NCBI GenBank assembly: GCA_040005005.1
Contig: JBDTZT010000001.1
Location: forward strand, 1 to 25,067
Source of the DNA: Actinomycetota bacterium
GTDB lineage: Bacteria > Acidobacteriota > Blastocatellia > Pyrinomonadales > Pyrinomonadaceae
Direction: 5' to 3'
DNA: 25,067 nucleotides
Of the stretch, positions 8,047 through 16,693 are shown one piece after another (positions within the stretch are counted from its first letter, which is position 1; each line of letters opens with the position of its first letter). A model generated the notes under the pieces. That model saw nothing but the letters and a program-made list of their open reading frames with translations, did no database searches and was not told the DNA's origin. A program made the translations under genes and the position numbers.

Positions 8047-9714
8047 ATGGGAATCAAACGACGAGATTTTTTAATGGGCGCACTCGGCGGCACGGCGGCT
8101 CTGGCTTTATTGGGTAAAAGTGGTTTGACGCAGACTTCGCGGTCGGGCGCGGCGCGGATCGAGATTTTGCTCGACGAAAAAATCGGCACGATCAATCCGA
8201 ATCTTTACGGGCATTTCGTCGAACATCTCGGCGGCGTAGTTTATGACGGAATCTGGGTCGGCGAGAAATCAAAGGTGCGAAATTACAACGGTCTCCGCGC
8301 CGATTTGGTGGATGCCCTGAAGAAAATAAAACCGCCGAACGCACGTTATCCGGGCGGTTGCTTTGCCGATTCCTATAACTGGCGCGACGGGGTGGGTGCG
8401 CGCGCCAATCGCCCGACGCGGACGAATTTCTGGAACAACGATCCGGCGATGAAGCAGCAAACAAACTCTCCGGGGCGTTTTGAGCCGAATACCTTCGGCA
8501 CGAACGAATTTGTCAAATTTACGCAAATGATCGGCGCGAAACCTTACCTGGCGGCTAACTTACGCGGTTTGGGCGCGAACGATTTTTACGAGTGGGTCGA
8601 ATATTGTAATTCACCCGCCGGGGCGACTTCGGGCGCAAAAATGCGGGCGACCGGCGAAATGGGCAGTAGTCAGCCGTTCGGTGTGGAATATTGGGGAGTT
8701 GGCAACGAAGCGTGGGGCTGCGGCGGTGATTTTCTGCCCGAAGAATACGCTGAAGAATTCCGGCGTTTTACATCGAGCGTGCCGAATTACGGCTTGCCGC
8801 TCAAATTTATCGCTTCGGGCGCGAATGGCGAAGATTACAGCTGGACGCGCGGTTTTTTTGCCAAATCGGCGGAAAAAGGCAATTGGGTTTTCGACCGGAT
8901 GTATGGCTGGTCAATTCATTACTACACGTGGAATGCTTCGGGCGGACGGACGGACGATTGGGTCGAAGGCAAATCCGACGCCCTCAAATTCGACAATGAA
9001 CAGTATTATAATCTGCTTCAGGAATCGAACAAAATGGACGGACTGCTACGCGAAAACTGGCGGATTATGGGCGAATACGACCGCGCCCACAAAACGAAAT
9101 GCATTGTTGACGAATGGGGTTCGTGGCATCGTTCGGGAACGGAAGTCGGCGACAACTATTTGTTAAGTCAGCAAGTTGCGATGCGGGATGCGCTCGTTTC
9201 CGGCATCACGCTCGATACTTTTATTCGCAATGCCGACAAAGTGGCGATGGCAAACGCCGCCCAGCTCGTTAATTGTCTGCATTCGCTATTTTTAGCATAT
9301 GAAGATAAATTTACGGTAACGCCGAATTATCACGTTTTTGAAATGCACCTGCCGCATATGGGCGCGCAAGCCGTCCGCGCGGAATTTTTTGCCGAACCGA
9401 TTTCCTATTCGCGCAACAATCAGCCGTCAACGCTTGTCGGACTCGCCGGGGCGGCTTCCCTGACCGGCAAAACGCTGACTTTAACCGTTTCAAATCCGCA
9501 TATTTCCGAAGCGCATGAAGCGGAAATAAACTTGGTCGGCGCGAAGGCCGTGAGCGGCACGGCACGCGTTCTCTCCGGCGAGATTCACGCGCACAATACT
9601 TTTGAAAATCCGAATGCCGTGGTGCCGCGCGACGAAAAGTTTGATGTTAAATCACCGCTCAAATTTCGTTTCGCGCCTGCTTCGGTGACGCGGCTGCAAA
9701 TTATTTTAGCTTGA
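8047..9714 (+). CDS. GH51 alpha-L-arabinofuranosidase with Tat signal peptide
   Basis: Twin-arginine leader KRRDFL; GH51 motifs YGHFVEHLG, RYPGGCFAD.Y.W, WGVGNEAWG, VDEWGSW, MANAAQLVN; C-terminal beta-sandwich. Confidence 0.93.
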   Translation: MGIKRRDFLMGALGGTAALALLGKSGLTQTSRSGAARIEILLDEKIGTINPNLYGHFVEHLGGVVYDGIWVGEKSKVRNYNGLRADLVDALKKIKPPNARYPGGCFADSYNWRDGVGARANRPTRTNFWNNDPAMKQQTNSPGRFEPNTFGTNEFVKFTQMIGAKPYLAANLRGLGANDFYEWVEYCNSPAGATSGAKMRATGEMGSSQPFGVEYWGVGNEAWGCGGDFLPEEYAEEFRRFTSSVPNYGLPLKFIASGANGEDYSWTRGFFAKSAEKGNWVFDRMYGWSIHYYTWNASGGRTDDWVEGKSDALKFDNEQYYNLLQESNKMDGLLRENWRIMGEYDRAHKTKCIVDEWGSWHRSGTEVGDNYLLSQQVAMRDALVSGITLDTFIRNADKVAMANAAQLVNCLHSLFLAYEDKFTVTPNYHVFEMHLPHMGAQAVRAEFFAEPISYSRNNQPSTLVGLAGAASLTGKTLTLTVSNPHISEAHEAEINLVGAKAVSGTARVLSGEIHAHNTFENPNAVVPRDEKFDVKSPLKFRFAPASVTRLQIILA

Positions 9715-9746
9715 TAATTTAACTACTTGATAAGTTACCCGAAGGA

Positions 9747-11387
9747 ATGATTCAAAAAATGAAACCCCGGATTTTCCAAGTTGCGCAGAAATTGAAGCAA
9801 AGCTTTATAAAAAAGCTACCGGCGATTAGCTGTGCAAAATTGTGGTTAATAATCCTGGTTTTCGGCTTGGGAACTTCCGCCCAAACCTACAATAATCCTG
9901 TCATTCCCGGCGATTTTCCCGATCCGTCGGTGATCCGCGTTGGCGAAGATTTTTATGCGACCGCGACGACCGGCGGCTGGTCGCCGCAGTTCCCGATTCT
10001 TCATTCAAAGGATTTGGTCAACTGGAAAATCATCGGCGCCGTTTTCAACGATAAACCGGCGTGGGCCAAAGGCGATTTTTGGGCACCGGAAATCGTTGCC
10101 GACAAAGGCCGGTTTTTTGTTTATTACACGGCGCGGCGCGATGAAGGAAAGGGCAAACGCGGAACTTTGTGCGTCGCCGTGGCAATTGCTGAAAAGGCGG
10201 ACGGCGAGTGGCGTGATCAAGGACCACTGGTTTGTCAGGAAATGGGTTCGCTTGACCCGGCTTTCACGCGCGACGAAAACGGTCAGCCGTTTTTGATCTG
10301 GAAAGAAGACGGCAACGACCGCCAAAAACCGACGTGGCTTTACGCGCAGGGTTTGGACGAAAAAGGCACGCACCTGACCGGAAAACCGACGAAACTTTTC
10401 CGCAACGATGCGGTTTGGGAAAAAAATGTTGTCGAAGGCGCTTACATTTTGCGCCGCAACGGCTGGTTTTATCTTTTTTATTCGGGCAGTGCCTGCTGCG
10501 GTCGGTCGTGCGATTACGCGCTCGGCGTGGCGCGGTCAAAAACTTTACTGGGAAAATGGGAAAAAAATCCGGCGAATCCGATTCTGGCGGCAAATGAAAC
10601 GTGGCAGTGTCCGGGACACGGGAGCCTCGTTTCGACGCCGGACGGACGCGATTTCCTGCTCTATCACGCTTATCGAAAAGGCTCGGAAGGCTTTAACATC
10701 GGACGCGAAGCACTGCTTGATGAAGTAAAATTTGAAAACGGCTGGGCGACAATTAACGGCGCAAGCGGTCCCTCAAAAACCGCTGCCGCGCCGTTTAAGC
10801 TGACCAAACAGCAATCAATTTTCAGCGGATTAACCGACGAATTTAACGAAAGTGTGCTCGCGCCCTTCTGGAATCAAATGATTTTTAATGATCACACGAC
10901 TCGTTTGACCGAAGGTTTTCTAGTGCTGGCGCCGACTGAAAAACAACTCTTAAATGAGAAAATGCCGGAAATCGTCGTCACCGAACGCACCGTTGCGGGC
11001 GATTATACGGCGACAACACGGGTTGATTTTGAAAAAATAGCCGCCGATGAATTTGCCGGAATGTCCGTTTACAGCTGGCGCGATAATGCCGTCGGCATCA
11101 GTTTGGGAAACGGGAAAATCTTCACCTGGCGGCGTGAGGGCGGGAAACAAACGGACGCGGGAAACATCACTTTGCCGAAAAACACCACGGCACTGCAACT
11201 GCGCGTGCGAGCCGCAGTCGGAGAAGTTTTTGATTTTGCTTACAGCACGGACGGAAAAAGTTGGATGCAGGTCGGCGATAAAATAAGTTTCGGCAATCTT
11301 GAAGGCGCACGCATTGCACTTGTTTACAATGGCCGAACGGCGAATGCCGGGGTGCGTTTTGACTGGATCAGAGTCGAAGGAAAATGA
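9747..11387 (+). CDS. GH43 glycoside hydrolase with C-terminal ConA-like domain
   Basis: FPDPSV, FWAPEI, SLDP, VVEGAY and CPGHGS motifs. The C-terminal domain starts TDEFNESVLAPFW and contains FAYSTDG. The start could be 9759. Confidence 0.88.
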   Translation: MIQKMKPRIFQVAQKLKQSFIKKLPAISCAKLWLIILVFGLGTSAQTYNNPVIPGDFPDPSVIRVGEDFYATATTGGWSPQFPILHSKDLVNWKIIGAVFNDKPAWAKGDFWAPEIVADKGRFFVYYTARRDEGKGKRGTLCVAVAIAEKADGEWRDQGPLVCQEMGSLDPAFTRDENGQPFLIWKEDGNDRQKPTWLYAQGLDEKGTHLTGKPTKLFRNDAVWEKNVVEGAYILRRNGWFYLFYSGSACCGRSCDYALGVARSKTLLGKWEKNPANPILAANETWQCPGHGSLVSTPDGRDFLLYHAYRKGSEGFNIGREALLDEVKFENGWATINGASGPSKTAAAPFKLTKQQSIFSGLTDEFNESVLAPFWNQMIFNDHTTRLTEGFLVLAPTEKQLLNEKMPEIVVTERTVAGDYTATTRVDFEKIAADEFAGMSVYSWRDNAVGISLGNGKIFTWRREGGKQTDAGNITLPKNTTALQLRVRAAVGEVFDFAYSTDGKSWMQVGDKISFGNLEGARIALVYNGRTANAGVRFDWIRVEGK

Positions 11388-11408
11388 TCTGTGAAACAAG
11401 TCCCGAAA

Positions 11409-11570
11409 ATGCACGAAATATACGAAGTCTTTTTGACACCGGAAAATCTGCTCAACGGGCGGCGGCAAAATTCGATGCTCGGGATTATCGCGCTTGGCCT
11501 GACCTCCATTATTTTAACCGGCGGCATAGATTTATTAGAGCAGATTTTGCAGGAATGTCTGGCGAACTTT
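11409..11570 (+). pseudogene. Sugar ABC transporter permease (RbsC/MglC-like) remnant
   Basis: [35 protein letters not shown] matches the permease pattern [24 protein letters not shown](SVG). After a frameshift, FAGMSGELS continues the pattern. The rest of the gene is absent. Confidence 0.75.
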
Positions 11571-11671
11571 CGGTTTGCCAATTGCGATCACGGGCAATAA
11601 ACTGAAAGTTTGTTGGACTTTTTTTGCCATCTATCAATCTCGAATCGGCTCTGGTTTCGGAAATTTTAAAT

Positions 11672-13432
11672 ATGAGTTTTACAAAAATAGAATCTGCATT
11701 ATTGCTGCTGATTTTAACCGCTTCGATTTTCGCGCAAGATGAAACCCAAAAACCGCCGCTAACCGGAAAATCCTATGACACCGGAGAAATAAAACGTCCT
11801 GCGACAACCGCGCCGCAGTTTCCTTCGCCCGTTACTTTTACTGACATTACGGCGCTGACGAAAATTGATTTTCGTCATTCCGCCTCGCCGACATCACTCA
11901 AATATCTGATCGAAACCATGAGCGGCGGCGTGGCGTTGATTGATTTTGACAATGACGGATTGCTCGACATTTTTTTTACCAACGGTGCCTTGCTCAAAGA
12001 AAATATGCCGAAAAACGCGCTGCCCGAAAAGAACGACAAAAAATATTGGAACCGGCTTTACCGACAAAAAAAAGACGGCACTTTTGAAGATGTCACCGAA
12101 AAAGCCGGATTACAGGGCGCGGGTTACGATTTCGGCGTGGCGGTCGGCGATTATGACCGCGACGGCTTTTCCGATCTGTTCGTCACGCGCTACGGCGGCG
12201 CTACGCTTTACCGGAACAACGGCGACGGAAGTTTTACGGATGTTACCAAAAAACTCGGGATCAATCTGGACGGCGTCGCGACTTCCGCCGGATTTTTCGA
12301 TTACGATAATGACGGGCGGCTCGATATTTTCGTCGCCCGCTACGCCGAATGGGATTTTGAGATTGGCAAAATCTTCTGCGGCGATACGCGACCCGGTTAC
12401 CGCGCTTACTGCCATCCGGATAATTTCAAAGCTGTCGCCAATGTCTTACTGCATCAAAAAGCGGACGGCACTTTTGAAGATGTGAGCCTCAAATCGAAGA
12501 TCGCCGATTCAAAAGGAAAAGGTTTAGGCGTCGCGTTTGCCGATTTTGACGGCGATGGCCGGACAGACGTTTTCGTCGCCAACGACAACGCCGATCAATT
12601 GCTTTTTCGCAATAAAACGGACGGCACTTTTGAAGAAACCGCACTCTCCGCCGGAATTGCTTTTAACGATAAAGGCGGGCGATTCGCCGGAATGGGCGTG
12701 GATGCCGCCGATTACGACGGCGACGGCCGCCCGGATGTGGTTATCACCGCGCTCTCGAATGAAACTTATCCGCTTTACCGAAACGACGGCGACTGGCTTT
12801 TTGATTATGTCACGCAAACGAGCGGGGTCGCGCAAATTACTATTTTGGGTTCGGGCTGGGGAATCAAATTTATTGATGCCGACAACGACGGCCGGCGCGA
12901 TATTTTTGTTGCGCAGAGTCACGTTCTCGATACGATTGAAAAAACGACCTCATTTTTGAAATACAAACAATCGCCGCTGCTGATGCGCAACACCGAAAAG
13001 GGATTTCAAGATGTTTCGTTTTCTGCGGGCGATGTTTTTCAGAAAAATTTTGCAGCGCGCGGAATGGCGGTCGGTGATTTGGACAACGATGGCGACATTG
13101 ACGTTGTAATTGCTCAAAACGACGGTGTTCCCGTCATTTTACGCAACAACGGCACGAAAAATAATTGGCTCGGAATTGATTTGCGCGGCGGCGAAAAAAG
13201 CGCACCGCACGGCGAAGGTTCGAAAATAATCGTCGCCGACAAAAATGGGAAAAAACAGACTTTGGAGGTTAGCGGCGCGGGCAGTTATCTTTCCGCCAAC
13301 GATTTGCGCGTTGTTTTCGGAATCGGCGCGACGAATGCCGTTCAATCAATTGAGATCCACTGGTCAAGCGGAAAAGTTCAGAAGATCGAAAATCCCGCAA
13401 TCAATCAATATCACTTGATAAAAGAAAAATAG
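11672..13432 (+). CDS. CRTAC1-family FG-GAP beta-propeller with C-terminal ASPIC/UnbV domain
   Basis: Signal peptide from ATG 11672, preferred to TTG 11624. Seven D[FYAL]D.DG..D Ca-binding repeats; C-terminal GSYLSANDLRVVFGIG...IEIHWSSG. Confidence 0.9.
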   Translation: MSFTKIESALLLLILTASIFAQDETQKPPLTGKSYDTGEIKRPATTAPQFPSPVTFTDITALTKIDFRHSASPTSLKYLIETMSGGVALIDFDNDGLLDIFFTNGALLKENMPKNALPEKNDKKYWNRLYRQKKDGTFEDVTEKAGLQGAGYDFGVAVGDYDRDGFSDLFVTRYGGATLYRNNGDGSFTDVTKKLGINLDGVATSAGFFDYDNDGRLDIFVARYAEWDFEIGKIFCGDTRPGYRAYCHPDNFKAVANVLLHQKADGTFEDVSLKSKIADSKGKGLGVAFADFDGDGRTDVFVANDNADQLLFRNKTDGTFEETALSAGIAFNDKGGRFAGMGVDAADYDGDGRPDVVITALSNETYPLYRNDGDWLFDYVTQTSGVAQITILGSGWGIKFIDADNDGRRDIFVAQSHVLDTIEKTTSFLKYKQSPLLMRNTEKGFQDVSFSAGDVFQKNFAARGMAVGDLDNDGDIDVVIAQNDGVPVILRNNGTKNNWLGIDLRGGEKSAPHGEGSKIIVADKNGKKQTLEVSGAGSYLSANDLRVVFGIGATNAVQSIEIHWSSGKVQKIENPAINQYHLIKEK

Positions 13433-13435
13433 TTG

Positions 13436-13458
13436 ATTCCTTTCGGAGGAATGTTTTC
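13436..13458 (+). terminator. Possible weak terminator after CRTAC1 gene
   Basis: ATTCCT-TTCGG-AGGAAT stem followed by GTTTTC. Confidence 0.35.
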
Positions 13459-13469
13459 AACATTTGAGA

Positions 13470-13643
13470 AGACCCGTTTGAAAAATCAACCGCGGAGTTT
13501 TTTAATAAATTAAACATCGAATCCGCCGCGTTTCATTATTTATCAACATCACAGGCGGTCGCGGCAAATGTTCGAGCAATTGTCATTGCTCATCGGAATG
13601 GTCTTCGGAATATGTTTTTCTATTCATTGCGAAAACAGTCTAG
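13470..13643 (-). mobile_element. Degenerate, internally deleted IS5-family element (scar)
   Basis: The minus frame from ATG 13627 reads MNRKTYSEDHSDEQ*QLLEHLPRPP, resembling the IS5 transposase N-terminus (RK.YPSDL.DEQW..LE..LP) with W changed to a stop. The ends AGACTGTTTTCGCAA (next to CTAG) and AGACCCGTTTGAAAA form a weak inverted pair, about 9/15. Confidence 0.4.
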
Positions 13644-13755
13644 CCGCTTCCGCTTCATCAATTGCCAGTGCCTTCGATGAACGCGGTAACGGCATCTTTG
13701 GTCGCCACGTCAGTAACGGCGTAAAGCCGTCCGATAATCCAAAGTTTTTGTTCCG

Positions 13756-15138
13756 CTAACTTTTTTTACCCGGCGGCATTACAAAAACAATGGTTTCGCC
13801 GAACTTTATGTTTTGCGGTTTCGCTTCGATTTTTATCTCTTGCGGAAAATAGTTTTGATCGAGACGGACGACCTTGATCAGATTGATATTTTCACAAGAA
13901 CTTTCCTGATCCGCTGCTGCGGCTGAAACAGCATAACAGCGGAGCGCGAGCGCGGACGGCAGCCGATTTGAAAATTCCGGCCCCAAACGAAGTGCGATGC
14001 GGACAAAACCGCTGCGATTCATTCGCCACCAGTTGTTTCCCGAATCGGAAGAAATTGTTCTTCCGTCCGGCCTCTCGGCTTCAAGCGCAATTGCCGCGTT
14101 TTTCAGTTCGCCGTAAATTTCCGCATATAAATATTCGCGCGGGTCGGCAATCGTATTGGCATCGAGTTTTTCCCGGTTCACGCGCCCTTCACGAATCGCT
14201 TCTTCCGCCATTATTCGATAAATCCACGGAAATGCTTCCATTTCTGTTTCGCGCGAGCGGCCCGATAAATCAGCCTCGACGAGTGTTGCCGAAACGCGCA
14301 GCGCCGAACAACCCGAATCGGCAAAATTATTGTTGACGGTCGCATCTAAAATTAATGGATGCGAGCCCAATCGGCGACCCTTAAAATCTTTTGTTTCGTG
14401 ATTTGCGCCCTGATAAATTTCCGATATAATTTCGCCCGATTCGCGAACCCGAATCTCGTAAACCCATTCAATATCGGTCATTCGTCCCCACCGCGCCATC
14501 AGTGCGGCAGATTGCGTGCCGCCGTCTTCGTTGGTAAAGATCGTTGTATAACGAATTTTTTTGACCTTTTCCGGTTCGTCAAAAATTTCATAATAAGTTA
14601 AAAGCGGAATATCCGAAAATTTATCAATCGTCTCGCGGCGCAAATAAATTAGCGGAGCATTTACTGTGGCGATATATGCCGGAACAGATCGGCCGGCAGT
14701 TTTGGCGGCGGCGATTACATCTTCAAAAACAGTCGAAAAAACCGCGTGAATTGTAACTTTTCCGGCATTTGGCGCGGAATGCGCTTTATTTAGAACAATC
14801 GTGATTTGATGCTCATAGAAATTATATTTTCCGAGCAGCATTTGATATTCAAAAACCTTTTCGCCCGCAAAGAGAATCGCGTCCTGGTTATATTTTCCGT
14901 CAACAAAGACGGTTAAAACCGCTGCTTCGGCTCCTTTTTTTTGCCACGAGGCGCCTTTCACACTCGCCCTTACAAATAAACCGATTTCGGCTTCGGCAGA
15001 ATTAGAGTTGGCTTTCTTTAATTTTAATTCCTTTAAGATTTTGCCGGTTGTTTCAATCGTCGGCGCGGTTTCGCACTGCGCGAAAATCCCGAGCGTCAAA
15101 AGCATATTTAACACTATTATCCAAAAAAAATTCTTCAT
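13756..15138 (-). CDS. Secreted hypothetical protein
   Basis: 460-aa ORF with a Sec signal (..LTLGIFA-Q). It overlaps the upstream gene by 4 nt (ATGA coupling). No family recognised. Confidence 0.8.
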   Translation of the reverse strand: MKNFFWIIVLNMLLTLGIFAQCETAPTIETTGKILKELKLKKANSNSAEAEIGLFVRASVKGASWQKKGAEAAVLTVFVDGKYNQDAILFAGEKVFEYQMLLGKYNFYEHQITIVLNKAHSAPNAGKVTIHAVFSTVFEDVIAAAKTAGRSVPAYIATVNAPLIYLRRETIDKFSDIPLLTYYEIFDEPEKVKKIRYTTIFTNEDGGTQSAALMARWGRMTDIEWVYEIRVRESGEIISEIYQGANHETKDFKGRRLGSHPLILDATVNNNFADSGCSALRVSATLVEADLSGRSRETEMEAFPWIYRIMAEEAIREGRVNREKLDANTIADPREYLYAEIYGELKNAAIALEAERPDGRTISSDSGNNWWRMNRSGFVRIALRLGPEFSNRLPSALALRCYAVSAAAADQESSCENINLIKVVRLDQNYFPQEIKIEAKPQNIKFGETIVFVMPPGKKS

Positions 15139-16622
15139 TTTTTCTCAACGTAAATCGGATTGGTAAAGGCCAGCATCGCGCCGCTGACGCTTCTGATTTC
15201 CAAACGGAAATATAAATCTTTTTCGATATTAAAGACTTTCGTCAGGGCGTATTCCGCATTCTCGATTTTATCGGTTTGCAAAACCTGTCCATTTGAAATG
15301 ATAGAAACAATCGCGCCGCGGGGAAAGTTTTTTGCACGCCAGTCAAGTTGAATTTTTTTGTCTGAAACCGGCACTGTTTCGCCGATATTATATCGTTTCG
15401 TTTCGTCGAAAGCGGAAAATTCCAAACTATCGTCAGCGGGTTTATCACTGATCCAGACCCGACCATTTTTGATTGCGGCGAAAAGCTCGGTTTGGGTCAA
15501 TTTTTTCAAACCGACATGCGATGTCGGTGTTCCGGCGGAAAGATTGGTCGCATAATTACTCGGTTCCGAAGGCGGGCGATGGGTATCACTTGAACCGATT
15601 GCCGTCAAGTGCTGCCCGGTCTGCAAAAGTTCGTCCCATTTTTTCAAAGCATTTTCATCCTGAAAATCCCACGCGCCGTTCCAGATTTCAACCGAATCCA
15701 TCATCTGCCAATCGCCGTAACTCCAGCTACATCCGCCGCAAAGCGCAGTCGGATGATTAAGCGAGGCGATCAGTCCGAGCCGGTGAACGCCGTCAACAAT
15801 TGATTGTAATCGGTTTCTGTCGGTCGGCATCACGCGAAAATCAACCAGCGTATTTTTGGGCAAACCCCAAACGTTAAAATGTCCGCCGTAAGTCGTTACC
15901 TCTTCGCTCCGCAAAACAAGCAGATTTTTGTAATTCGGGGCGAGCGCGTCGATCTCTTTGTGATGGGCGCAAGTATTGTGGTCGGTGATACCGATGAAAT
16001 CCAGATTATTGGTTTCGGCAAAATCGAGCAAGCCTTTCACCGTCCAATTTCCGTCGCTGTAAAAAGTGTGCGTGTGCAGATCGCCGCGAAACCAGGTGTA
16101 ACCATTTGCCGTCGCGGGCGCGATTCTTTGGCTTTTTGGGAAATCGAAAGTTTTGTTTTTTTCGCTTTTCAGCTCGGCTTCGGCAGCCGTATCAATTTCG
16201 TTGAATTTGACCTTCACGGTTACTTCAACACCTTCCGGAGCGATTTTGTAAAGTCCTAAAATTACGCGCCAGACACCTGGCCGAAGTTCCCCGGCGAGGT
16301 AACCGTTCGAGGCTGAATTTTCGGCGATATAGATTGTGTTTCGACGACCGCCGCTCCAGCCGCGAAAGCCGCGTGTATTTGTTTCCGAGCCGTCAAAAAG
16401 CGCATCGAAAACGCCAAGGTCCAAAACATTTGCGCCGTCCTTTTGATCGTACTGGTAGGAAAGCGTAAGGCTTTTGGTCTTGGCGGGCACCTCAAAATCC
16501 ATATAAAAATAACGGCTCGCGCCTTCCTTGAGCGCGGGAATCGAAACGGTTTTCTTGAAAGAAAATGATTGGGCGAAAACCGCTGCCGACAACAAAATTA
16601 AAAAAGCGGCAAGTTTTAACAT
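15135..16622 (-). CDS. Secreted PHP-domain metallohydrolase (CehA/McbA-like)
   Basis: Signal peptide and an N-terminal beta domain. PHP metal motifs GDLHTHTFYSDG, ITDHN, EEVTTYGGH, NHP, VEIWNG, GSSDTH. Confidence 0.88.
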   Translation of the reverse strand: MLKLAAFLILLSAAVFAQSFSFKKTVSIPALKEGASRYFYMDFEVPAKTKSLTLSYQYDQKDGANVLDLGVFDALFDGSETNTRGFRGWSGGRRNTIYIAENSASNGYLAGELRPGVWRVILGLYKIAPEGVEVTVKVKFNEIDTAAEAELKSEKNKTFDFPKSQRIAPATANGYTWFRGDLHTHTFYSDGNWTVKGLLDFAETNNLDFIGITDHNTCAHHKEIDALAPNYKNLLVLRSEEVTTYGGHFNVWGLPKNTLVDFRVMPTDRNRLQSIVDGVHRLGLIASLNHPTALCGGCSWSYGDWQMMDSVEIWNGAWDFQDENALKKWDELLQTGQHLTAIGSSDTHRPPSEPSNYATNLSAGTPTSHVGLKKLTQTELFAAIKNGRVWISDKPADDSLEFSAFDETKRYNIGETVPVSDKKIQLDWRAKNFPRGAIVSIISNGQVLQTDKIENAEYALTKVFNIEKDLYFRLEIRSVSGAMLAFTNPIYVEKK

Positions 16623-16639
16623 ATCTGAAAATTAATATT

Positions 16640-16670
16640 GGAGAAGCGGATTTTGGTTTTCCGCTCCTCC
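16640..16670 (-). terminator. Stem-loop after second TBDR (terminator or stabiliser)
   Basis: On the minus-strand RNA, GGAGGAGCGGA pairs with UCCGCUUCUCC (11 bp, one G-U). The plus strand would have an A-C mismatch. No U-run follows immediately. Confidence 0.6.
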
Positions 16671-16693
16671 GAAATCAGCAGCCGGATGGTTGA

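Noticed and set aside
3600-11387. Mycobacterial arabinogalactan as the target glycan
   Set aside because: That polymer contains D-arabinofuranose, whereas GH43 and GH51 act on L-arabinofuranosides. Only the galactan part would be plausible.
13568-13759. 63-aa plus-strand ORF
   Set aside because: It has no clear RBS or motif. The region is better explained as intergenic DNA with a possible IS scar on the other strand.
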